Shown here in pieces: positions 35,956-46,229 of a stretch of 57,633 nt of DNA; the stretch's first letter is position 1; the number at the start of each line of letters is the position of its first letter. A model generated the notes under the pieces. The model did not search any database, had not been told where the DNA came from, and saw only the letters and a program-made list of their open reading frames with translations. A program made the position numbers and the translations under genes. The DNA is taken from NCBI GenBank assembly GCA_016217765.1, contig JACRGP010000085.1, positions 1-57,633 on the forward strand. The letters are read 5' to 3'. Source of the DNA: Nitrospinota bacterium (GTDB lineage Bacteria; Nitrospinota; Nitrospinia; Nitrospinales; JACRGP01).

Positions 35956-37089
35956 ATGACCATCGCCGGACGCGCCACGCCGGAGGGGACGGAACGCTAC
36001 AAAAAAAGAATGGCGGGGACCTGCCCCGAGGGCCGCTTCCGGCAAGCGGAGGGGCTCTACTGGTCTTCCGTGGGCATGGGGACTTACCTGGGGGCCGCGG
36101 ACGCCGCCACGGACGAGATGGTAACGGAAGCGGCCGTCAACTCCGTATGCGGGGGAATAAACGTCCTCGACACGGCCGTCAACTACCGGCGTCAACGCGC
36201 GGAGCGGAGCGTCGGCGAAGCCCTGCGCCGGCTTCTGGACAGCGGCAAGGCGGAACGCGCCGAAATCGTCCTGTGCACCAAGGGCGGGTTCCTGCCCCAT
36301 CCCGACGGACCCCGCTGGTTCCAGCGCGAATACGTCGATAGCGGAAAAGGCGGCGCGACCCTGGACGACCTGGCCGACGACTGTCATTGCATGCATCCCG
36401 ACTACCTGGCGGACCAATTGGACCGGAGCCGCGCCAACCTCGGGGTGGAAACCATCGACCTGTATTACGTCCATAACCCCGAAACGCAACTGGAGGCCGT
36501 CGGCCCGGACGTATTTTACGCGCGGCTGGAGGCGGCCTTCGGGGCGCTGGAACGGGCGGCGGACGACGGGAAAATCCAATATTACGGGCTGGCGACGTGG
36601 AGCGCGTTCCGCGTCGCCCCCGGGAGCGCCAGGAACGTCTCGCTGGAACGGGCGCGAATAGCGGCGCAACGCGCGGCGGCGGACGGCAAAGTCGCCCTGT
36701 CGCGACGGAGAGACCGGTTCCGTTTCATCCAGCTTCCCTTCAACCTGAACATGCCCGAAGCGATGACCTCGCTCACGCAGAGCGCCGGAGGGACCTTGAA
36801 GGCCGCCATCCCCGCCGCCGGGGAGCTGGGACTTCACCCGGTGTTGAGCGCATCGTTCGCCCAAGGCCGGATCGGGGGACTGGACGCCGGCCTGGCGAAA
36901 CTGTTGGGAACCGGTCTCAAGAGCGACGCCCAACGCGCCCTGCAATTCGCGCGCGGCGCGCCGGGAGCGCTCGCCGCGTTGATCGGGATGAAGGACCCGG
37001 ACCATGTGAAGGAAAACCTGGCCGTGTGCCGGACGCCCGTCCTGGACCGCCAGGTTTACGGAGAAATTCTGCGCAGGCTTCAGGGGTAA
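35956..37089 (+). CDS. Aldo/keto reductase
   Basis: 'LDTAVNYRRQRAERSVGEAL', 'IDLYYVHNP' and 'GLATWS' are aldo/keto reductase motifs. I chose the ATG at 35956 over the track's 35875. Confidence 0.8.
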   Translation: MTIAGRATPEGTERYKKRMAGTCPEGRFRQAEGLYWSSVGMGTYLGAADAATDEMVTEAAVNSVCGGINVLDTAVNYRRQRAERSVGEALRRLLDSGKAERAEIVLCTKGGFLPHPDGPRWFQREYVDSGKGGATLDDLADDCHCMHPDYLADQLDRSRANLGVETIDLYYVHNPETQLEAVGPDVFYARLEAAFGALERAADDGKIQYYGLATWSAFRVAPGSARNVSLERARIAAQRAAADGKVALSRRRDRFRFIQLPFNLNMPEAMTSLTQSAGGTLKAAIPAAGELGLHPVLSASFAQGRIGGLDAGLAKLLGTGLKSDAQRALQFARGAPGALAALIGMKDPDHVKENLAVCRTPVLDRQVYGEILRRLQG

Positions 37090-37143
37090 CGGGGAATCAT
37101 TGAGGACGGCGGCGATAATTTTTAATCTTTAATCCGCTTGCAT

Positions 37144-37152
37144 GTTATAATT
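37144..37152 (+). promoter_or_regulatory. Extended -10 promoter candidate (TGtTATAAT)
   Basis: 'tgttataat' in an AT-rich stretch. It would give a ~340-nt leader for the helicase gene. No good -35. Confidence 0.3.
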
Positions 37153-37496
37153 TAATCTGTTAATATTGGAAAATCACCGGCGTCAGGAGGTTCATAACCC
37201 AAAGCGTTATGCGGTTGAAGCCGGTTCCGCTCCAGATGTCCTCGTTCGACGAGGCTCCCGGATTTCCACGAGCGTTGTAAATATTTCGCCATCCACTAGT
37301 CCCTCCCTTAGTTTGGCTTTCCATTAAAAGACGCATTTTTGCCGTCCGTGCAAGAGCTGTCCGGCTCTGAAAAGCCGTCGTCCGGACTCCATGCTCCAAA
37401 CGAACAAGATTGTTTTTGCCTGGAATCCCAGGCCGATGTCCCCGCGGCTAAGACGACGGGGATAAGTTTTATAACATTTCATTAAAGGAATACATT

Positions 37497-38879
37497 TTGA
37501 CTCATTCATCCACCGCTCACGCTCACGCCCCCGCCCTCGACCGCGTTCAAGAGGGATTCGAAACCCTGGGCCTCATCGAACCTCTTTGCCGCGCGGTACG
37601 CGACGAGAATTACGTCGTCCCCACGCCGATCCAATTGCAGGCCATCCCGCATCTGTTGCAGGGCCGCGATCTCATCGGTTGCGCCCAGACGGGGACGGGA
37701 AAAACGGGAGCGTTTGCCCTGCCCATATTGCAGAGGCTGGCGCAAGAACGAAAAGCGCCCGGCCCCAAAGGCGCAAGCGCCTTGATCCTGACCCCCACGC
37801 GCGAACTAGCCATGCAGATCAGCGACAGCTTCCGCGTTTATGGCCGCCATGTGAAACTCAGCCATGCCGTCGTTTTCGGGGGGGTCGGTTACCCTCAGCA
37901 GATCCGGACGTTATCGCGCGGCGTGGATATCCTCGTGGCGACCCCGGGAAGACTGCTTGACCTCATCGAGCAAAGGCACGCGCGCCTGGACAAGGTCGAG
38001 GTTTTTGTCCTGGACGAAGCGGACCGCATGCTGGACATGGGTTTCCTGCCCAGCGTCCGGAGAATCTTTTCGGCGTTGCCTTCCGGCAGACAGTCCATGC
38101 TGTTTTCGGCGACCATGCCGGAGGAGGTCGCCCATCTCGCCAAAAACTTTCTTGTCAACCCGGCGCGGGTCTCCGTCGCGCGGCAGTCCACCACGGCGGA
38201 GAACATCGAGCAGAGGGTCTTGTTCGTGGACCGGGAGAACAAAAGCGCCCTGCTCGAATCCGTCCTGCGGGATGAAAGCGTCGAGCGGGTCATCGTGTTC
38301 ACGCGCACCAAACACGGGGCCAACAAGATCGTCAAGAACCTGAGCAAGAGCCGGATCCCGGCCGAGGCCATTCACGGCAACAAATCGCAGTCGGCGCGGG
38401 TCGCGGCATTGAAGAAATTCCGCTCCGGCCAGTCGCGCATCCTGGTCGCGACCGACATCGCCTCCCGCGGCCTCGACGTCGACGGGATCACGCACGTCAT
38501 CAACTACGAACTCCCCAACGAGGCCGAAAATTACGTCCACCGGATCGGGCGGACGGCCCGCGCCGGAGCCTCCGGCGTGGCGATCTCTTTTTGCGACGCG
38601 GAAGAACGCGCGTATCTGCGCAATATCGAGAAAACGATCGCCCGCGCCGTGACGGTGTTCGAGGACCATCCTTTCCACTCCCACGCCGTCGCCTCCCATG
38701 GCAAACGCCGCGATGCGCCGGTCCCGGGAAATGCGGGCGGGAGAAGGACCGCAAACCGGAAATCGGGCGCCCAGCCCTCCGGGAAAAGCGGCGCCTCGCG
38801 CGATCGCTGGAACCGTCCGGCCGGCGAGACGCCTAAAAGCAACACGGGCTTCCGGCGCTGGTCCCGAAGACCCCGTTAA
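37497..38879 (+). CDS. DEAD-box ATP-dependent RNA helicase (RhlE-like)
   Basis: Q motif 'PTPIQ', 'AQTGTGKT', 'VLDEADRM', 'SAT', '[10 protein letters not shown]', basic C-terminal tail. TTG start preceded by 'aaagga'. Confidence 0.9.
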   Translation: MTHSSTAHAHAPALDRVQEGFETLGLIEPLCRAVRDENYVVPTPIQLQAIPHLLQGRDLIGCAQTGTGKTGAFALPILQRLAQERKAPGPKGASALILTPTRELAMQISDSFRVYGRHVKLSHAVVFGGVGYPQQIRTLSRGVDILVATPGRLLDLIEQRHARLDKVEVFVLDEADRMLDMGFLPSVRRIFSALPSGRQSMLFSATMPEEVAHLAKNFLVNPARVSVARQSTTAENIEQRVLFVDRENKSALLESVLRDESVERVIVFTRTKHGANKIVKNLSKSRIPAEAIHGNKSQSARVAALKKFRSGQSRILVATDIASRGLDVDGITHVINYELPNEAENYVHRIGRTARAGASGVAISFCDAEERAYLRNIEKTIARAVTVFEDHPFHSHAVASHGKRRDAPVPGNAGGRRTANRKSGAQPSGKSGASRDRWNRPAGETPKSNTGFRRWSRRPR

Positions 38880-38890
38880 GCGATAACAAA

Positions 38891-38948
38891 ACGAGACCCT
38901 TCGCTGTCGCCCGAATGGACGGCGGAGCGCGAAGGGTCTCGTTTTTAT
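38891..38948 (+). terminator. Rho-independent terminator
   Basis: 14-bp stem 'acgagacccttcgc' / 'gcgaagggtctcgt' followed by 'ttttatt', 12 nt after the helicase stop. Confidence 0.8.
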
Positions 38949-38997
38949 TGCGCGGGAAACTGTATGGAGAAGGGGGGAGTTTGCCGTTCCAAAAGGA

Positions 38998-39687
38998 TCA
39001 GGAGGACAACTGCTTGATGAGTTTTTCCCAATCGGTTTCCTCGATTTCCTTTTGGGTGATGGGCCCGAATTTTTTGAACCTGGACATGTCGTCCTCGGGC
39101 AAGATGAAGTCGTCGTCGTAGACAGGTTCCTCCTCGCCTTCGCGGTCGAGGGAGGCGAGTTCTCCCATCGATTCCGGAGGATCGTCCTTCCGGCTTTTCT
39201 GGATGAGTTTTTCCTGGGCCTGGCGCAAAACCTCGAACGCCTGGTTGAAATTCTGCGTGATGGTTTGCCCCATAACTTCTATGCCCCGGTTGACCGATTT
39301 CAGGTATTCCCGGTATAGATCGTAGTGGATAAACCGGTAGTGGCTGGTTTGATTGGCGCGGATGTAGTCCTCGGAAGCCAGTTGATACCGGCCTTCCTGG
39401 ATGTAAATCCTTCCCCTGTAAACGCGGGCGAGGAAGTGGCCTGGGCTCAGACTCAAAACCATGTTCAAGTTGAGCAGGGCGCCGGGCATGTTGTTTTTTT
39501 GAATATTGACGAGGACCTGGTGGAAATGCTTCCTGACCTCGGGATTCAGATTCTCACGGACCCTGAAAACCGGCTCCAGAAACGGAAATACAAACTCCCC
39601 CACCTTGAATTGGGCCAGATTGATCCACTGACTGATTTTCTTTAAACTCACGTCCAACATGGGGAGTATCCGGAAATTCAAAACCAA
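38998..39687 (-). CDS. TPR-like hypothetical protein
   Basis: 'ALLNLNMVLSLSPGHFLARVYRGRIYIQEGRYQLASEDYIRA' is TPR-like. TTG start with SD 'gaggg'; an alternative ATG is at 39660. Confidence 0.55.
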   Translation of the reverse strand: MVLNFRILPMLDVSLKKISQWINLAQFKVGEFVFPFLEPVFRVRENLNPEVRKHFHQVLVNIQKNNMPGALLNLNMVLSLSPGHFLARVYRGRIYIQEGRYQLASEDYIRANQTSHYRFIHYDLYREYLKSVNRGIEVMGQTITQNFNQAFEVLRQAQEKLIQKSRKDDPPESMGELASLDREGEEEPVYDDDFILPEDDMSRFKKFGPITQKEIEETDWEKLIKQLSS

Positions 39688-39949
39688 CGATCGCCCTCGC
39701 AGACTTTCTCATGTGGTTCAAATTCTATCCGAAATAGGGCAACCCGTCAAATGTTATCAAACTTTTTTCATCCAACCAAGTCCGCTTCTTTTATTCCTCC
39801 CGCTCCGCGAAAAAAGTTATCGCCGACACCGTTTTTCACCTTCCGCCGTTTTCAATCCCATTAAATTTCCGCCGGTTTCCAGAAACCCAGAAACTCCGTA
39901 ATCGCTTATTTTTCTTGACTTTAATTGATTCTAGCGCTACTTTTTAAGT

Positions 39950-41083
39950 ATGCAATGTCCTAATTGTGGGATTATCAGCTTCAAGCTGGCCAAGAAATGT
40001 CCCAGTTGCGATGCCGACCTGAAAAATCTTCCCGTAGGCGCCGGGCAACTCGCCGAGGGAGTTCCTTTTACCATCTACTCGCCGCCGGTAGCCGTATCGC
40101 CAGCTCCCGCCCTCAAGGAATTCGACTTTCAAGTCGAGGACGAAGTCCATGCTCGCCAGGAAGTCGACGCTTTTAAAGCTTACCGGGCGGAGGAAGGGGG
40201 CGCGCCGGGCGTCGATTCCGGAGATTTCGAACTGGACCTTTCCGGCGCGGACAGCTTCATGGACCGCGCTTACCCAGGGGACGAAAACCTTGTTACTTCC
40301 AAACCCCTGGGGACGGGAAATGGGGGAAAAATCGACAGAACCCCGGACTCTCGATTCGACACGGAAAAAGGCGCCGAAGAGGACGAGGAGATAGAGGTCG
40401 AGGGTTTGGGAATCGAGCCCCTCGCCCATGAAACCTTTTCCGAGTTGGAAATCGAAGAGCCTTCCGTGAGATTGGACCTGGAACCGGAAACCGAGGACGA
40501 AACCGTTTCGGCGCTGGATTTGACCGACCGGACTCCGGAGACCCCCCCTATCGAGCTTGATGAAACTCCATCCTTGGAGACCCTCCTCGAATTGAGTCCG
40601 GCGGGACCTCTGGAAGTCGAGCCCGAACCCGCATTGGGCATCGAGCCCGAGCCCGCGTTCGAACTGGAGCCGGAGCCCGAACTGGAGATCGAGACAGAAA
40701 CTTCCTTGGAACTGGAACCGGAACCCGCGCTGGGCATCGAGCCGGAACCCTCGTTCGAACTGGAGCCGGAGCCCGAACTGGAGATCGAACCCGGAATCGC
40801 CTTCGACCTTGACGCGGACGAGGAAAAATACGGCCTGACTGGCGAGGAACCGGCCCAGGAAATCGAGCCCGCCGCGGATTTGGGTATCGAACCGGAATTG
40901 GAACTCGGGGAACCGGAAATCGAGTTCGAACTGGAGGATTCTTCCGAGCCCTCCCATCCGAGCGGCGAAACCGGATCCGCGAAGCCGAAGGAAATCGAAC
41001 TGGAGATCGACGGGATCAAGCTGGAAATGGAAGACGACGAACCTGATGAGGGTTCGGACGCTCCCCCTGAAGAGAACAAGTAA
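39950..41083 (+). CDS. Zinc-ribbon protein with a long acidic Glu/Pro-rich repetitive tail
   Basis: 'MQCPNCGIISFKLAKKCPSCDADL', then repeats such as 'EPEPALGIEPEPAFELEPEPELEIE'. Confidence 0.7.
   Translation: MQCPNCGIISFKLAKKCPSCDADLKNLPVGAGQLAEGVPFTIYSPPVAVSPAPALKEFDFQVEDEVHARQEVDAFKAYRAEEGGAPGVDSGDFELDLSGADSFMDRAYPGDENLVTSKPLGTGNGGKIDRTPDSRFDTEKGAEEDEEIEVEGLGIEPLAHETFSELEIEEPSVRLDLEPETEDETVSALDLTDRTPETPPIELDETPSLETLLELSPAGPLEVEPEPALGIEPEPAFELEPEPELEIETETSLELEPEPALGIEPEPSFELEPEPELEIEPGIAFDLDADEEKYGLTGEEPAQEIEPAADLGIEPELELGEPEIEFELEDSSEPSHPSGETGSAKPKEIELEIDGIKLEMEDDEPDEGSDAPPEENK
40625..40789 (+). repeat. Imperfect 96-bp in-frame tandem duplication inside the acidic tail
   Basis: The unit beginning 'gaacccgcattgggcatcgag' at 40625 recurs at 40721 with few changes. 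Confidence 0.8.
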
Positions 41084-41266
41084 CTAATACCGGCTCGCCT
41101 CAAATCAACCGTTCCAAACTCTCGCGAAAAACGAAAGCCATTTTCGTCCGTTTTTTCGGCGGACGCCGCGTAAAATCTCAACATTTTTGCGGAAAATTTC
41201 CTATTCTTGGAATATAATTACCCTTTTCGCCTTCAGGGCATCTCCTTTGAAATAAAACCCAACCCC

Positions 41267-41731
41267 ATGGAACCCCCAAAAGCCGGTTTCTTCCGTCGCT
41301 TTTTTGCCTTGGGTGTCGATTGTATCTTGCTGGATATCGTGGGGGGGATTGTCTCGTACCCATTGGAGAAAAAATTCGGCCTGTCAACCAGGGAAATCCT
41401 TGAGCAATTGACCTCCGGGGGCGGGGAGGTCAAGCAAGCGTTGACTTACGTTTTACTCTACACAACCCTTCTCACGGTGTTGTGGGGACTTTATTTTACC
41501 TGCTTCCTGGGGGTTGACGGTCAGACGCCGGGCAAGAAACTGTTGGGCGTCAGGGTGGTCCGCGTGGACGGCAAACCCATGGACTACAAGACCGCCTTCA
41601 ACCGGTTCGCCGGTTACTCCATTTCCGGAAGCGTTTTCTTCCTCGGATTCATATGGGCCCTGTTTGACAGGAACAAGCAAACATGGCACGACAAAATGGC
41701 GCATACGATCGTCGTCAGGAAACCATCTTAA
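41267..41731 (+). CDS. RDD family membrane protein
   Basis: 'GFFRRFFALGVDCILLDI' and 'ALFDRNKQTWHDKMAHTIVV' are the RDD-domain ends. Start taken at 'MEPPKAG'. Confidence 0.75.
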   Translation: MEPPKAGFFRRFFALGVDCILLDIVGGIVSYPLEKKFGLSTREILEQLTSGGGEVKQALTYVLLYTTLLTVLWGLYFTCFLGVDGQTPGKKLLGVRVVRVDGKPMDYKTAFNRFAGYSISGSVFFLGFIWALFDRNKQTWHDKMAHTIVVRKPS

Positions 41732-41755
41732 AACCCATACTATAGGAAGTCGTTA

Positions 41756-42901
41756 ATGAAAAAGCAATACCTCTTGGCTCCCGGACCCACGCCGGTCCCC
41801 GAACACGTGGCCCTTGAAATGGCCCATCCCATGGTCCATCACCGGACCCCGCAATTCAGCCAAATCTTCGCCGAAGCGGCGGAAGGCGCAAAATACGTTT
41901 TCGAGACCCAACAGGACGTCCTCCTGCTGGCGTCCACCGGCACGGGGGGCATGGAAGGGTGCGTGACCAACCTGTTCAGCCCCGGCGACAAGCTCCTGGT
42001 CGTCAACGGCGGCAAATTCGGCGAGCGGTGGGGGAAAATCGGGCAGGCGTACGGCATGAACGTGGTTTGGCACAACGTCGAGTGGGGCAAGGCCGCCGAC
42101 CCCCAGGCGGTCAAAAAAATTCTGGACGGCGACCAGGACATCCGCGGAGTCCTGGTCCAGGCCTCCGAAACTTCCACCACGGCGGCCCATCCAATAAAAG
42201 AACTGTCCGAACTGACCCGCGGCCGGGAAGACGTCCTGCTGATCGTGGACGGGATCACCGGGGTGGGCGTTTTTCCGTTGCCCATGGACGAATGGGGAAT
42301 CGACGCCATGGTCACGGGCTCGCAAAAAGCCCTGGCCCTGCCGCCGGGCCTGGCCTTGGTGGCCCTGAGCGGGAAGGCCTGGCGGGCGGCGGACAAATCC
42401 CAATGCCCGCGTTTTTATTTCGACTTCAAGAAGGAGCGGAAAAACCTCGCCGACAAGACTTCGGCCTACACCCCCGCCGTGTCCCTGGTGATCGGCCTGC
42501 GCGCGGCGCTGAAGGACATCAAGGCCGAGGGGCTGGCGAACGTGCACAAGCGGCACAACCGCCTGGCGCGCGCCACCCGCGCCGCCGGTAAGGCCCTGGG
42601 CCTCAAGTTGATCGCGCCGGACGCCCCGGCGGACAGCGCGACGGGCCTCTTCGTCCCCGAGGGCATCGACGGCGGGAAGCTGGTCAAATTCATCCGGGAC
42701 GACCTCGGCGTCACCCTGGCCGGCGGACAGGACCACTGGAAGGGGAAGATCGTGCGCATCGCGCATCTCGGTTATTTCGACACTTTCGACATCGTCATCG
42801 CCATCTCCGCCCTGGAAATGGCGCTCAAAAAATTCGGCCATAAAGTAGATCTCGGGAAAGGAGTGTCCGCCGCGCAGGAAATTCTCATGGAAGCGTATTG
42901 A
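41756..42901 (+). CDS. Class V aminotransferase (serine-glyoxylate / phosphoserine aminotransferase type)
   Basis: 'LLAPGPTPVP' N-terminus, PLP-lysine region 'VTGSQKALALPPG'. Immediately upstream of serA. Confidence 0.8.
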   Translation: MKKQYLLAPGPTPVPEHVALEMAHPMVHHRTPQFSQIFAEAAEGAKYVFETQQDVLLLASTGTGGMEGCVTNLFSPGDKLLVVNGGKFGERWGKIGQAYGMNVVWHNVEWGKAADPQAVKKILDGDQDIRGVLVQASETSTTAAHPIKELSELTRGREDVLLIVDGITGVGVFPLPMDEWGIDAMVTGSQKALALPPGLALVALSGKAWRAADKSQCPRFYFDFKKERKNLADKTSAYTPAVSLVIGLRAALKDIKAEGLANVHKRHNRLARATRAAGKALGLKLIAPDAPADSATGLFVPEGIDGGKLVKFIRDDLGVTLAGGQDHWKGKIVRIAHLGYFDTFDIVIAISALEMALKKFGHKVDLGKGVSAAQEILMEAY

Positions 42902-43006
42902 ACTTGGTCCCTCTTCAAACCTCGTTAACGGGGGAAGGACGGCTGGGTTCGCCATTTTATAAATACAAGCGATCGCTTTTCGCAGGATTCGATCGGAGTT
43001 ATCGAA

Positions 43007-44584
43007 ATGAAAATTCTTGTCAGCGACAACCTCTCCAAGGTGGGGATCGAGATCCTCAGGAAGGAGAGCGGGATTGAAGTAGACGTAAAAACCGGCATGA
43101 CCAAGGAGGAGTTGATCAAGGCCATCCCCGCCTATGACGGCCTGCTCGTCCGAAGCGCCACCAAGGTGACGGCGGACGTGATCGAGGCGGGCGCGCGTTT
43201 AAAAGTGGTCGGCCGGGCGGGGATCGGGGTGGACAACGTCGACGTCGACGCCGCCGGGAAAAGGGGCATCATCGTCATGAACGCTCCCGACGGCAACATC
43301 ATCACCACGGCGGAACACACCCTCGCCCTGATGCTGAGCATGGCGCGAAACGTTCCCGGGGCCAATCTCTCGGTGAAAAGCAAAAAGTGGTCCCCGAAGG
43401 ATTTCATGGGCGTCGAGCTGTACGCCAAGACCCTCGGGATCGTCGGTTTTGGCCGCATCGGCGCCGTCGTGGCGGAACGGGCCAAGGGATTTGGCATGAA
43501 GGTCCTGGTCTATGACCCGTTCGTTTCCGACGAGCACGCGGAGAAACTGGGCGTCGAGCGGGTCGAACTCAAGGACTTACTGCAACGGTCCGACTTTTTG
43601 ACCCTCCACACGCCCAAGTTGCCAGGGAAAGCCCTGCTGGGCAAGGAGGAGTTCGACATGATGAAACCGGGCATGCGGATCGTCAACTGCGCCCGCGGCG
43701 GGTTGATCGACGATGCCGCCCTCGTCGAAGCCATCAAGTCCAAAAAAGTCGCGCAGGCGGCGCTGGACGTTTACGACAAGGAACCCGTCTCTCCGGACAG
43801 CCCCCTGTTGGCGATGGACGAGATCATCTGCACCCCGCACCTCGGCGCCTCGACCGAGGAGGCGCAGGAAAAAGTGGCCGTCGCCATTTGCGACCAGGTC
43901 ATCGACTTCCTCAAATATGGCAGGGTCCGCAACGCCGTCAACATGCCCTCCATCGACGAGGATTTGCTGGCCAAGATCAAACCGTTTTTGGAACTCGGCG
44001 AGAACCTCGGGAAACTGGTCTCCCAGCTCACCGACAGCGCCCTGCGCAAGGTGCATATCCAATACAACGGCGAAGTGGCCGCCCACAAGGTCCAGCCCAT
44101 CACCATCGCCATCCTCAAGGGGCTTTTCGCCCGGACGATCGACGGCGTGAACATGGTCAACGCGCCGTATATCGCCAAGGAGAGAGGCGTCGAGGTCCAG
44201 GAGTCGAGGAGCAACGAGATCCACGACTACACCAGCACGATCCAGGTCCAGGTAACCGCGGAGACCGGCGGGCGGAGCATCACCGGGAGCATCTTCGGCA
44301 AGGGCGACCCCCGGATCGTCAAGTTCGACGAATACTATTTCGAGGCCGTGTTCTCCAAGTACATGCTGGTCCTGAACAACATGGACGTCCCCGGCGTCAT
44401 CGGCAAACTGGGGAATATCCTGGGCAAGAACGACATCAACATCGCGGGCTTTCACCTGGGCCGGTTGTCGGAGAAAGGAAAAGCGGTCGCGGTGATCAAC
44501 ATCGATTCCCCCCCGACCAGCGAAACGCTCCGGGAACTCCGGGAAACGCCCAACATCCTCGAAGTGCATTCGGTCATGCTTTGA
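43007..44584 (+). CDS. serA: D-3-phosphoglycerate dehydrogenase with C-terminal ACT domain
   Basis: 'GIVGFGRIGAVVA' NAD fold, 'NCARGGLID', 'TPHLGAST', ~525 aa long form with ACT-like tail. Confidence 0.9.
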   Translation: MKILVSDNLSKVGIEILRKESGIEVDVKTGMTKEELIKAIPAYDGLLVRSATKVTADVIEAGARLKVVGRAGIGVDNVDVDAAGKRGIIVMNAPDGNIITTAEHTLALMLSMARNVPGANLSVKSKKWSPKDFMGVELYAKTLGIVGFGRIGAVVAERAKGFGMKVLVYDPFVSDEHAEKLGVERVELKDLLQRSDFLTLHTPKLPGKALLGKEEFDMMKPGMRIVNCARGGLIDDAALVEAIKSKKVAQAALDVYDKEPVSPDSPLLAMDEIICTPHLGASTEEAQEKVAVAICDQVIDFLKYGRVRNAVNMPSIDEDLLAKIKPFLELGENLGKLVSQLTDSALRKVHIQYNGEVAAHKVQPITIAILKGLFARTIDGVNMVNAPYIAKERGVEVQESRSNEIHDYTSTIQVQVTAETGGRSITGSIFGKGDPRIVKFDEYYFEAVFSKYMLVLNNMDVPGVIGKLGNILGKNDINIAGFHLGRLSEKGKAVAVINIDSPPTSETLRELRETPNILEVHSVML

Positions 44585-44590
44585 AGGCAC

Positions 44591-44625
44591 AAAAAAAGGG
44601 TCCCCTTCCGGGGACCCTTCGTTTC
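44591..44625. terminator. Bidirectional rho-independent terminator between convergent genes
   Basis: Stem 'agggtcccc' / 'ggggaccct' with loop 'ttcc'. The A7 tract upstream gives a T7 tract on the minus strand. Confidence 0.75.
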
Positions 44626-44677
44626 CTGAAATCCGAAATGTTTCCCGCTTTCTTCCGCCGGGGGCGCGGCGCCTGCC

Positions 44678-45256
44678 TCAGGAGCTTTTGTCCTCGCCGG
44701 ATTTCGGGGCGGCCTGAGCCTGTGCCCCGGCTTGTTGCCCGAACACGCGGGCGATGACTTCGTTGACGACCTGTTCTCCCAGGACGTTGTAAACGGTGTT
44801 GGCCGCCTTGAAATGCGGGCTGGTGAACAGGCTCAACACCTTCTTGCTCGAATACCCCAGCATCATGAACTCGTGGGCATAGTTCTCCGCCACCAGGCGC
44901 AGGGTCTTGTCGTCCGCGTCTTCGTCGCCCGTCGGCGGCCCGGCGTTGGGGTCCACGTCGTCCTTGACCTCGTAGACGTAAATCAGGTGCCAGCCGAACT
45001 CGGTTTTCACCGGCCCCACGACCTCGCCTTCCCTGGCGGAGAATGCGGCCACTTCAAAAGGCCGCACCATCGCGCCCTTGCCGAACCATCCCAGGTCCCC
45101 GCCGCGTTTTTTGGACGGGCACTCGCTGTAACGCTCGGCGAGCTTGGAGAACTCCTCGCCCTCATCGATCTTTTTTTTCAAGTCCTCGGCCAATTCCCTG
45201 GTGGCGACCAGAATATGGCGAGCCTGTATTTTTTTGATTTTTCTGTCAGTTGCCAT
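44678..45256 (-). CDS. Parvulin-type peptidyl-prolyl isomerase with C-terminal extension
   Basis: 'ARHILV', 'FSKLAERYSECPSKKRGGDLGWFGKGAMVRPFE', 'VKTEFGWHLI'. Confidence 0.85.
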   Translation of the reverse strand: MATDRKIKKIQARHILVATRELAEDLKKKIDEGEEFSKLAERYSECPSKKRGGDLGWFGKGAMVRPFEVAAFSAREGEVVGPVKTEFGWHLIYVYEVKDDVDPNAGPPTGDEDADDKTLRLVAENYAHEFMMLGYSSKKVLSLFTSPHFKAANTVYNVLGEQVVNEVIARVFGQQAGAQAQAAPKSGEDKSS

Positions 45257-45358
45257 GTCTGACCTCGCGGTATGGATTCATCTTTCCGTCGGCCCGCCCC
45301 TCCCTCTCTTCCTCCGCGCGCTCTCTTTCCTTCATGGGCGGAGCCGATGGCGCGCGAA

Positions 45359-46144
45359 TCAGTTGAGCTTCAACGCGCAACACTTCTTGTATTTTTTGCC
45401 CGAGCCGCAGGGGCAGAGGTCGTTCCGGTTGATCTTCGCCGTCGCGATGCCGGTCTTGGGACTGGCCTCCATCAATTCCTTCCCGAGTTGCTTGACCTGC
45501 TTGTACCTCGATTTGACGACGTCCGCCAGGTTGGGGACGAACTGGTTGAGCGCCGCCAGGATGTTGAGTTCGTCCCCGCCGAGCTTCTTATCTTCCTCCT
45601 CCCTCAATTTTTCGTCGAGAAAGTAGGTGTAGTTGAACAACGGGGGTTGCTTGTCCTCCTTGGGGTCGAACTTGTAGAACGCCAGGCGGGCGTCTTTAGC
45701 GCCGTTTCTCGGGTCCATTTCATAGGAGTCTTCCGCGAAATACCTTTGGCCGTCCTGGGAAAAATCAAGAAGCAGGTTGTTCTTGGGGAACATCTCCATA
45801 TAGTTGACGTACCGTCCGGACTCGAAGACCAGGTAGGACATCGGGTTGCGTTCCCCGTATCCCTTGGCCTCGAGATAGCGCTGTCTCAAGAGGGTCCACG
45901 CCTCGTCGCGCAGGTCCTTGACAAATCCCTTGACGATTTCGTTCTCCAACGGCTCCAGCTTGGGGTGGTTGGGTAACGGGCCATGAGTCTTGTTGAAGTT
46001 CAGAAGGAAGGAGATCCTGCGATCGTGCTCCTCGTCGTATAGCGAGACGGTGGCGTGGTTGCAGTCGCAGAAGGGATTGGTGCAATAATAATCCTCGAGA
46101 ACGTACACGTTCCGGTAGTTCTCCTCCTCAAAACGAAAAGTCAT
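45359..46144 (-). CDS. SEC-C motif (metal-binding) domain protein
   Basis: C-terminal 'CPCGSGKKYKKCC'. N-terminal 'CTNPFCDC' cluster. Confidence 0.7.
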   Translation of the reverse strand: MTFRFEEENYRNVYVLEDYYCTNPFCDCNHATVSLYDEEHDRRISFLLNFNKTHGPLPNHPKLEPLENEIVKGFVKDLRDEAWTLLRQRYLEAKGYGERNPMSYLVFESGRYVNYMEMFPKNNLLLDFSQDGQRYFAEDSYEMDPRNGAKDARLAFYKFDPKEDKQPPLFNYTYFLDEKLREEEDKKLGGDELNILAALNQFVPNLADVVKSRYKQVKQLGKELMEASPKTGIATAKINRNDLCPCGSGKKYKKCCALKLN

Positions 46145-46229
46145 GACCGACCGGAGACTTTCCTGCCGATTGATCTCTCTATACGCTTCGATGGCCGTCC
46201 TCCTTTCTTGATTGCCGGTGGGTCGAGGT

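Noticed and set aside
37160-37399. 79-aa minus-strand ORF in the helicase upstream region.
   Set aside because: No SD, odd composition, and it lies in an AT-richer non-coding-looking stretch. I treat it as part of the leader region.
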